A stretch of 64,000 nt of DNA from Dehalococcoidia bacterium (GTDB lineage: Bacteria > Chloroflexota > Dehalococcoidia > Lucifugimonadales > JAPUKM01): positions 213,573 to 277,572 of the forward strand of contig CBDFKP010000002.1 of NCBI GenBank assembly GCA_965248865.1. Direction: 5' to 3'. The notes beneath the pieces were generated by a model. The model made no database searches. It was not told the origin of the DNA and saw only the letters and a program-made list of their open reading frames with translations. The position numbers and the translations under genes are program-made. Position 1 is the first letter of the stretch, and each line of letters starts with the position of its first letter. Of this stretch, positions 56,889-64,000 are shown piece after piece.

Positions 56889-57245
56889 ATGATAAAACGG
56901 CGAAACGTTGTCATGGTTCCGATTTTGGTCGTCATAACCTTTGGGATATATGGCCTCTACTGGTTGTATTCCACCGCGGATGAGGTGATCCGTTACAATA
57001 AATCGAACGACAATCCTCTCTTGTGGCTTATCCTCGCTTTGATCCCGCCCTTGAACATCATCGCCATCTGGTTCCACTCCCACGCGATTGCGCAAATGTC
57101 AGCCAGTGGAAACGGGAAAGGCATCAATGGGGTATTGCTGTTCTTTTTGTGGCTCTTGCCCTTTGTAGGGATAGTCGTATCGCAGCTTAAGCTGAACAAG
57201 CGAGCGGGACAGGCTCCTCCAGCGGAAGAAGAGGCCGCCTCGTAG
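56889..57245 (+). CDS. DUF4234-like small membrane protein
   Basis: Start MIKRRNVVMVPILVVITFGIYGLYWLY after AGGAGG. Two to three TM helices. Confidence 0.55.
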   Translation: MIKRRNVVMVPILVVITFGIYGLYWLYSTADEVIRYNKSNDNPLLWLILALIPPLNIIAIWFHSHAIAQMSASGNGKGINGVLLFFLWLLPFVGIVVSQLKLNKRAGQAPPAEEEAAS

Positions 57246-57248
57246 ATT

Positions 57249-58820
57249 TCAAGGCGGCGGAGCTAGACCCGCCAGCGCCTCCTCCAGGTCAGGCGGAAGG
57301 TCCGAAGTGAACTCGGCGTACTCTCCGCTAGAGGGCAGACGGAACCCCAGCCTTGTGGCGTGCAGGAATTGCCGCCGGAGGAAAGGCACCCCTCCGCCGT
57401 ACAGTCGGTCACCCGCCACGGGATGGCCGATGGAGGAGAGGTGGACGCGTATCTGGTGGGTCCGCCCGGTGTGTGGCGTAATCTCCAGGAGTGCGTAGGC
57501 GTCAAAGAGCCGCGTAATGTGGTACCGGGTGGTGGCCTGCCTGCCACCTTCGACCACGGCCATGCGCTTGCGATTCCGTGGGTCGCGTCCTATGGGCGCC
57601 TCGATAACTGCCTCGGATGGCTCCGGGTGGCCCAGGACCAGCGCCAGGTAGACCTTGGTCACGGCGCGCGCCTTGATCTGCCGGGAGAGGTCGTTGTAGG
57701 CGGCCTCTGTCCTGGCGACCACCATCAGCCCGGAGGTATCGGCGTCCAGGCGGTGGACGATTCCAGGACGCAGGCGTTCGCCAGCCTCCGCCAGGTCCGG
57801 GTAGGAAGCCAGGAGCGCGTTCACCAGAGTGCCGGAGGGGCGACCCGGCGCGGGGTGAACGGTCATTCCCGGCGGCTTCTCTATGACCAGCACGTCGTCG
57901 TCCCTGTAGCGAACGTCGATAGGCATCTCCTCCGGGCCCGGCCAGGTAGGTGGCGGTGGAGGCAGGCGCACCTCGATGTGATCGCCGGGGCGCAGTCCAA
58001 GGGAGGCCTTGGCGTCCATGCCGTTGACCAGGACGCTGCCCTCTCGGATAAGGCGCTGGGCCTGGGAGCGGGTGAGGTCCGACCGGACCCGGGGTATGTA
58101 GCTGTCCAGCCGCTCCTCCGCGGCTTCAGGCGTCGGGGGATAGTACACCAGGGATAGGAGCTTGTTTTCGGTGTCCAGAGGCGGCTTCTGGTCATCTTCA
58201 ATGCGCGGCAGGACGGCCGGGTCGTTAGTGGGAGGCCGCTTGGGGTTGGAGAGGAGCATCCACGCAAGAATGGCGATGCCTACCACGATGGCGGAGTCCG
58301 CCAGGTTGAAAACCGGCCACGCTCCTATATCGATGAAATCGGTGACGCCGCCCAGGGTGATGCGGTCCGCCAGGTTTCCCGCTGCGCCGCCTAGCTGAAG
58401 GCCCAGGCTGGTGCGAAGCCACATGCTCGGTAGGGGCTGGTGTCGGTAGAAGAGGATGAGGATGGCGATGCCCGCCAGGGATGCCACGGCAAGCAGGATG
58501 GCCTGGTTGGGGAAGAGGCCGAAGGCGCTACCGGTATTCGAGATGTGAGTGAGGCGGAAGAATCCCTCCGAGGGAATGGAGCCACCCATGATGATATTGT
58601 CCCGGACCAGCTCCTTGGAGACCTGGTCCAGCACGAAGGTGGCGATGAGGACGGCGACCAGGTAGATGTCGTGGACCCAGGGCTGTGGAGCGTCGTGTGC
58701 CTTGGGCTTGGACCGGGGGGTCTCGGGTAGCTCCATGGCAGGGGCTGGGGGCTGGTCCGTCTGAAGGCGCTCTTCTGTATCTAATGGCTGTGGGGAGCCC
58801 ACGGACACCTCGGAGTTCAA
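57249..58820 (-). CDS. Fusion protein: lipoprotein signal peptidase II (LspA) N-terminal domain + S4/RluA-family 23S rRNA pseudouridine synthase (RluD-like) C-terminal domain
   Basis: LspA part: LDQVSKELV..NTGSAFGLF..FNLADSAIVVG. RluD part: S4 (LIREGSVLVNG), HRLDADTSGLMVVA, GRTHQIRVH. Confidence 0.8.
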   Translation of the reverse strand: MNSEVSVGSPQPLDTEERLQTDQPPAPAMELPETPRSKPKAHDAPQPWVHDIYLVAVLIATFVLDQVSKELVRDNIIMGGSIPSEGFFRLTHISNTGSAFGLFPNQAILLAVASLAGIAILILFYRHQPLPSMWLRTSLGLQLGGAAGNLADRITLGGVTDFIDIGAWPVFNLADSAIVVGIAILAWMLLSNPKRPPTNDPAVLPRIEDDQKPPLDTENKLLSLVYYPPTPEAAEERLDSYIPRVRSDLTRSQAQRLIREGSVLVNGMDAKASLGLRPGDHIEVRLPPPPPTWPGPEEMPIDVRYRDDDVLVIEKPPGMTVHPAPGRPSGTLVNALLASYPDLAEAGERLRPGIVHRLDADTSGLMVVARTEAAYNDLSRQIKARAVTKVYLALVLGHPEPSEAVIEAPIGRDPRNRKRMAVVEGGRQATTRYHITRLFDAYALLEITPHTGRTHQIRVHLSSIGHPVAGDRLYGGGVPFLRRQFLHATRLGFRLPSSGEYAEFTSDLPPDLEEALAGLAPPP

Positions 58821-58868
58821 TCAGGCTATCACATTCAGTCTAGCACAGGGTGGTGGCCAGGTTCCAAC

Positions 58869-59507
58869 TCACAGGGCCTCTCCCAGGAAGTGAGCGATCC
58901 CTTGTGCCGCCTCCTGTTCGTGGTCGTTCCAGGAGTGGTCGGCCTTGGGGACCACCCGGAACTCCACTGGTGAAGCGAGATTCGCCACCGCTTGCTCAAG
59001 ACGGGCCGGATCGGCAAGCCGGTCGCTATCGCCCACCATGAACAGCTTGGACTGGCTGCTTTTGCCGACGGGCGAGCCATCGAAAGATGGCAGGGGAGGA
59101 GAGAGAAGGGCCAGGGCCTTGGCCTTTTTATAGTTGCCCAGGCCCTGGAGTATCACCTGGGCGCCGAAGGAGTAGCCAACCAACGCCAGTCGCTTGGCGT
59201 CTATGCCCGGCCACTGGCGGAGTAGCTCCAGGGCGGAGCGGAGGTCCTGCTGCTCCTTGGCGCCCTTGGAGAAGGTGCCTTCACTATTGCCTACACCCCG
59301 GAAGTTGAAGCGAAGGGTGGCTATGCCCGCGGCATCCAGTGCCCGCGCGATAGCCATGACGACGGCGTTGTCCATGCTGCCGCCGAAGAGTGGGTGGGGG
59401 TGGCAGAGCACGGCGGCTGGGAAGGGGCCCGGCTGCTCCTGGGGGACGGTCAGGACGCCCTCCAGTGTCAGCCTCTTGCTCTTGAAGTTGATGGAGGTCT
59501 GGCGCAT
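58869..59507 (-). CDS. Alpha/beta hydrolase (dienelactone-hydrolase-like)
   Basis: 212 aa. HPHPLFGGSMDN, nucleophile elbow GYSFGA. Confidence 0.7.
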   Translation of the reverse strand: MRQTSINFKSKRLTLEGVLTVPQEQPGPFPAAVLCHPHPLFGGSMDNAVVMAIARALDAAGIATLRFNFRGVGNSEGTFSKGAKEQQDLRSALELLRQWPGIDAKRLALVGYSFGAQVILQGLGNYKKAKALALLSPPLPSFDGSPVGKSSQSKLFMVGDSDRLADPARLEQAVANLASPVEFRVVPKADHSWNDHEQEAAQGIAHFLGEAL

Positions 59508-59628
59508 ATTTTCATGTTTGCACCATTCCGTGAAATCGGCAACGGGTGCCGGCGTAACCCCATGTGACTGGGCTATGTTCTGTTAGAATGGTGTTTCTAT
59601 CCCTATCCTGACCCAGCGGAGACTACGT

Positions 59629-60684
59629 ATGCCAATGATAGATTTGCGCAGCGATACGGTGACCCACCCGACGCCGGAGATGCGGCGGGCCATGGCGGAG
59701 GCGGAGGTGGGGGACGACGTCTACGGGGAAGACCCTACGGTCAACAAGCTGGAGGCCGCCGCCGCGGCGCGTCTGGGCAAGGAGGCCGCCGTCTACGTGG
59801 CCAGCGGCACCATGGCCAACCTGGCCTCTGTGCTTACCCACTGCCAGCGGGGCGATGAGATGATTGTGGGGAACGAAGCCCATATTTTTCATAACGAGGT
59901 GGGCAACGCAAGTGCCCTGGGTGGCGTGCACGTGAGGACGATCCCCAACGACGGCCGGGGCATGATGGACCCCGAGGAGATGGAGGCCGCCGTGCGCTCC
60001 CCCGACAATATGCACCACCCGCGGACGGCGCTGGTATGCCTGGAGAACACCCATAACCGGTGCGGCGGTGGCGTGCTGGACGCCGAGGAGGCCGCAACGC
60101 TAGCCGGGGTGGCCCATCGCCACGATGCGGCCGTCCACATAGACGGAGCCCGTATATTCAACGCCGCCGTGTACCTGGGCGTTTCACCCGCGGAGCTGGC
60201 GCGCCAGGCAGATACCGTGAGCTTCTGCCTCTCCAAGGGGCTGAGCTGCCCCGTGGGGTCACTGGTGTGCGGCAGCAGGGAGCTCATAGCCCGGGTGCGG
60301 AAGAACCGGAAGCTGCTGGGCGGCGGCATGCGCCAGGCAGGGATCATTGCGGCGGCGGGATTGGTGGCCCTGGACAGCATGGTTGAGCGGCTGAAGGAGG
60401 ACCACGCCAACGCCCTGGCCCTGGCGCGGGGGCTGGCGGGTATGCCCGGCATCGCGCTGGACCCTGAGGGCGTCCAGACCAATATCGTTATGGTGGAGGT
60501 AACGGACCGACCCGTCCCGGAGTTTGTCGCTGCGCTGAAGGCGGAGGGAGTCCTGGTCTCCACCCCTGGGGGCCGGCGGGTCCGGATGGTGACCCACTAT
60601 GGCATTGAGGCCAAAGGTATCGAGGAGGCGCTGAGCGTGGTGGAGACGGTAGTCGGAAGGCGCAGCGGTGCACTCAGCCGGTAG
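59629..60684 (+). CDS. ltaE: Low-specificity L-threonine aldolase
   Basis: [38 protein letters not shown]-Lys region FCLSKGL. Confidence 0.85.
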   Translation: MPMIDLRSDTVTHPTPEMRRAMAEAEVGDDVYGEDPTVNKLEAAAAARLGKEAAVYVASGTMANLASVLTHCQRGDEMIVGNEAHIFHNEVGNASALGGVHVRTIPNDGRGMMDPEEMEAAVRSPDNMHHPRTALVCLENTHNRCGGGVLDAEEAATLAGVAHRHDAAVHIDGARIFNAAVYLGVSPAELARQADTVSFCLSKGLSCPVGSLVCGSRELIARVRKNRKLLGGGMRQAGIIAAAGLVALDSMVERLKEDHANALALARGLAGMPGIALDPEGVQTNIVMVEVTDRPVPEFVAALKAEGVLVSTPGGRRVRMVTHYGIEAKGIEEALSVVETVVGRRSGALSR

Positions 60685-61945
60685 CTCACCTGACCCTGCC
60701 CACAAGCAAGAACAGGCGGGATTCTCCCGCCTGTTTCTTGCGTTGAGCAACACCCGGTACCGGTGGCTATGGGCCAACAGCATCGTGGCATCCCTGGGAC
60801 GGACCTCTGAGATGCTGGCCCAGGGCTGGCTGGTGCTTCTGCTCACCGATTCACCCTTCTGGGTGGGGGTGGTGTCTGGACTGCGTGGCTTGGGGACGGT
60901 GGGTTTTGGGCTTTTCGGTGGTGTCATGGTGGACCGGATGGACCGACGGAAGGTGATGATGGCTGGCCAGCTGATGAGCGCGGGGATGGCCCTGACTATC
61001 GCCCTACTGATCCTGACCGACCACATTCATATCTGGCACCTTCTTGTCATTGCGGTGGTACAGGGAATGGTGATGGCGGTCCAGATGCCGGCGCGTAACG
61101 CCCTCACCTACGATGTCGCGGGCAGGCATGGCCTGCTCAACGCCCTGGCATTGAACATGATGGCGTTCAATCTGACCAGGATCGGGGGCTCCGTGATTGC
61201 GGGGATACTGATCGACACCGCTGGGGTGGAGGGGGTGTACCTGCTGATTGCGGGGAGCCTGGCTGCCGGATCACTGGTGCTGGCGCTCATGGGGGGAAGC
61301 TACCGGCCCACGGGAACTCGGGAGCCGGTGTGGCGCAACGCCAGGGAGGGACTAGCTTACGCGTGGGGCAGCAAACCGGTGCGCTCGTTGCTCATATTGA
61401 GCTTGCTCATGGAGGCCTTTGCCTTCTCTCATCATGTAATGCTTCCGGTGATGGCCAGGGATGTACTTAGGGTTGGAGGCACGGGATATGGGCTGCTGGC
61501 CTCCGTGAGTGGCGTTGGTGCGTTGGTAAGTACCTTGGTGGTGGCCTACCTGGGGGACTTCCGGTCCAAGGCCAAGATGGTGGTGACGGCCGGAGGAGGG
61601 TTCGGGCTGTTCCTGGTGCTGTTCGCATTCTCGCCGCTTCTGCCGTTCTCCTACGTCGTGGCGCTGGTGGTCCTTGGGCTGGTGGGGGTCATGTCCTTGG
61701 CCTACGACACGACCATGGGAGCGCTCTTGCAGCTCCTGGTGCCGGATGCCATGCGTGGCCGGGTCATGGGGCTATACGTGCTTACCTTTGGGTTCACGCC
61801 TCTGGGCGGGTTCCTGGCCGGGGCAATCGCCACCTTCCTGGGGGCCGCTTTCGCCATAGGTCTGGGCGGTGGCATTGTGCTGACGTATATCCTGAACCAC
61901 CTGAGGCCCATGAGTCGTATCCGGGAGGCGGAGGAGCCAGGGTAG
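60668..61945 (+). CDS. MFS transporter
   Basis: About 12 TM helices. NTRYRWLWANSIVASLG, GVMVDRMDRRKVM. The true start is probably downstream of 60668 (overlap with ltaE). Confidence 0.7.
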   Translation: MHSAGSSPDPAHKQEQAGFSRLFLALSNTRYRWLWANSIVASLGRTSEMLAQGWLVLLLTDSPFWVGVVSGLRGLGTVGFGLFGGVMVDRMDRRKVMMAGQLMSAGMALTIALLILTDHIHIWHLLVIAVVQGMVMAVQMPARNALTYDVAGRHGLLNALALNMMAFNLTRIGGSVIAGILIDTAGVEGVYLLIAGSLAAGSLVLALMGGSYRPTGTREPVWRNAREGLAYAWGSKPVRSLLILSLLMEAFAFSHHVMLPVMARDVLRVGGTGYGLLASVSGVGALVSTLVVAYLGDFRSKAKMVVTAGGGFGLFLVLFAFSPLLPFSYVVALVVLGLVGVMSLAYDTTMGALLQLLVPDAMRGRVMGLYVLTFGFTPLGGFLAGAIATFLGAAFAIGLGGGIVLTYILNHLRPMSRIREAEEPG

Positions 61946-62088
61946 CTTATTGGAAGTAATCAGGCCCGGACTATTGCCTTGGCCTTCTGCCGGTACACAG
62001 GCAATAGCCAGGAGAACCACGGCTCTACCCCTCATGATGTGACGTGGCAGACAAATTGAGGGACACTCAGGGGAATTTCAGGGAAAAT

Positions 62089-63450
62089 TCAGTGAGGTTG
62101 CTCCTCCGTGTCGGGAGGAGGTCCCTCCTTGCGCTCTCCCCACCAGCGGCGGATGCGCTCAGCTACGTCTACTTCGTACCCCTGGTTTGATGGTTCGTAG
62201 TAGACGCGGTCCTTCAGATTGTCCGGGAGGTTGCGCTGGCCGGCGAAGTGCTCCGAGTAGCTGTGGGCGTACTTATAGTCACGGCCGTAGCCAATCTGCT
62301 TCATCAGGGGCGTTACCGGGTTGCGCAGGTGCAGGGGCACTGGCTGGTTGCGGCTCCTTTTCACATCCTCCATGGCCTTGTTGAGGGCCATGGAGGCGGA
62401 GTTGCTCTTGGGAGCGGTGGCCAGATAGACCGTGGCCTGCGCCATGGGGATGGCCCCCTCCGGCATGCCGATGAAGTGGACGGCCTGCTGGGCGGCCACG
62501 GCGATGGGCAATGCGTTGGGGTCGGCCATGCCGATGTCCTCGGCGGCCAGGATGACCATGCGGCGGACGATGAAGAGCGGGTCCTCGCCCGCTTCGATCA
62601 TGCGGCCCAGCCAGTAGATGGCGGCGTCCGGGTCCGAGGCGCGGACGGACTTGATGTAGGCGGAGATGGTGTCGTAGTGCTGATCGCCGGCCTTGTCGTA
62701 CATGAGAGCGCGGTGCTGCAAGGCGTCCTCGATGGTGGCGAGGGTGATGACCCTGCGGCCATCGTTGTCGGGAGCGGTGGCCCCGGCGGCGAGCTCGATG
62801 GTGTTGAGAGCCACGCGGGCATCGCCGTTGGCGGCGGTGAGGAGAAAGCCGCGGGCGTCTTCGTCCAGGGTTACGCTCATGGCACCCAGGCCTCGTTCGC
62901 CGTCGGCCAGGGTGCGGTCGACGATGAGGCCGACCTGCTCGTCGGTGAGGGGGTTCAGGGTGTAGACGCGGCAGCGGGAGAGGAGCGGAGCGATGACCTC
63001 AAAGGAGGGGTTCTCCGTGGTGGCGCCTATGAGGGTGACGGTGCCGTCCTCCACATGGGGCAGGGCTACGTCCTGCTGTGCCTTGTTGAACCGGTGGATC
63101 TCGTCCACGAAGAGGATGGTGCGCTGGCCATGCATCCCCAGGCGGTCCGAGGCCTCCTGGAAGATGGCGCGGAGATCGGCGACGCCGGCGGTCACGGCGG
63201 AGACCTGGGCGAAGTGGGACCGGGTGACGGAGGCGATGAGCAATGCCAGGGTGGTTTTGCCGGAGCCGGGCGGTCCCCAGAGGACCATGGAGGGCACCTT
63301 GTCGGCCTCTATGCTGCGGCGGAGCACCTTGTCAGGGCCGACGATATGCTCCTGGCCAACCAGGTCGTCGAAGGTGCGGGGGCGCATACGTGCCGCCAGG
63401 GGCGCATCCCGGCTCAGCTGCCTGCGACGCTGCTCATCGAAGAGGGTCAC
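62089..63450 (-). CDS. rarA: Replication-associated recombination protein A (AAA+ ATPase)
   Basis: GTG start at 63450 (VTLFDEQRR..RMRPRTFDDLVGQEHIVG). Walker A GPPGSGKTT, Walker B FVDEIHRFNK, MgsA C-terminal domain. Confidence 0.85.
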   Translation of the reverse strand: MTLFDEQRRRQLSRDAPLAARMRPRTFDDLVGQEHIVGPDKVLRRSIEADKVPSMVLWGPPGSGKTTLALLIASVTRSHFAQVSAVTAGVADLRAIFQEASDRLGMHGQRTILFVDEIHRFNKAQQDVALPHVEDGTVTLIGATTENPSFEVIAPLLSRCRVYTLNPLTDEQVGLIVDRTLADGERGLGAMSVTLDEDARGFLLTAANGDARVALNTIELAAGATAPDNDGRRVITLATIEDALQHRALMYDKAGDQHYDTISAYIKSVRASDPDAAIYWLGRMIEAGEDPLFIVRRMVILAAEDIGMADPNALPIAVAAQQAVHFIGMPEGAIPMAQATVYLATAPKSNSASMALNKAMEDVKRSRNQPVPLHLRNPVTPLMKQIGYGRDYKYAHSYSEHFAGQRNLPDNLKDRVYYEPSNQGYEVDVAERIRRWWGERKEGPPPDTEEQPH

Positions 63451-64000
63451 AAGGGCAATTATACACGCGGCCGGTGCGGAGGGGAGTTGTTTCCATCTTA
63501 TGTCAACTCCGTAGCTGTTATGAAGGCCCGCAGGGGAAACGAATCCTGTCCCGAAGCTGGGTGCCCGAGGGTTTGAGGAACGCGGAGCCCCGGCCTGCGA
63601 TGGGTGGAGGGCGATTCGTGAATCGCCCCTACGGGGAGAGGTGTGGGTTGTTTCCACGTTATGTCAATTTATTGAAGCTGGGTTCTAGCTGGGAGAAAAA
63701 CTTTTTCGGGGAAACAACCCCGGTTTAGCCCTGGCCTCTCCTGGCCGATTCCGGTGCGGTTGGTGTGCACGGGAGAAGCATACGGGCAGGGGAGCAGATG
63801 GGGAAGAGGCCGGTGGCGGGGGTGCTCACCCCCATCCTAACCCTTCGGCTGCGCTCAGGGCAGGCTCTTCCCCGTCGAGGGGGAAGGGATCAGCGAGGCA
63901 CCCTTAGACAGGATCGGGGGTGCGCAAGCGTTGGTGAGAGAGAACACTTTATCGCTGTGCTAGCTCTACGATGGTGACTCCGGCGTCGCCCTCACCGTGG

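Noticed and set aside
63451-63657. N-terminal 69 codons of the 522-aa rarA track ORF
   Set aside because: This part is translated from REP-like repeats and palindromes (GDSRIA string). RarA homology begins at VTLFDEQRR with a GTG at 63450.
63949-64000. Possible gene end at the right window edge (minus strand ..HGEGDAGVTIVELAQR-stop) or a plus-strand ATG at 63972
   Set aside because: Too little sequence to support either reading.

Overview
GC-rich bacterial chromosomal window. An F420-type LLM oxidoreductase, core-MetE-like genes, a large family-III CoA-transferase expansion and GC-rich REP-like hairpins suggest a Chloroflexota (SAR202/Dehalococcoidia-like) lineage; this is inference only. 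Left third: a cobalamin riboswitch with a BtuF-like binding protein, queG, a CaiB-type CoA-transferase, an IS110-family element with a structured non-coding left end, two MetE-like genes and several membrane proteins. It also holds an AhpD-like gene that reads best as a selenoprotein (in-frame UGA, CxxU motif, SECIS-like hairpin) and a sufB-C-D-S-U operon with a triplicated 73-74 nt repeat between sufB and sufC. Middle: housekeeping genes, a PIN toxin, a DUF4349/PKD lipoprotein, an IS1380-family transposase, an apparently frameshifted plsY, and a Tes/MJ0619-like radical SAM gene translationally coupled to an ArsM-like methyltransferase. The standout region is about 29.3-51.4 kb. It contains three hot-dog (MaoC-like) genes, a VOC protein and a fused family-I CoA-transferase. 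These are followed by an 8-kb same-strand array of six amidohydrolase-2 paralogs with one SDR embedded, all ending in the same 138-nt module (tail KKRKYGW..PRPMPTP). After that come three consecutive alpha/beta pairs of family-III CoA-transferases in which the alpha member lacks the catalytic Asp. I propose this as a candidate undescribed catabolic system. Right end: DUF2277, tRNA-Gly(UCC), an LLM oxidoreductase, two more amidohydrolases, gltX, an lspA-rluD fusion, ltaE, an MFS transporter and rarA. All calls rest on reading the translations and sequence by eye; no database search was run.
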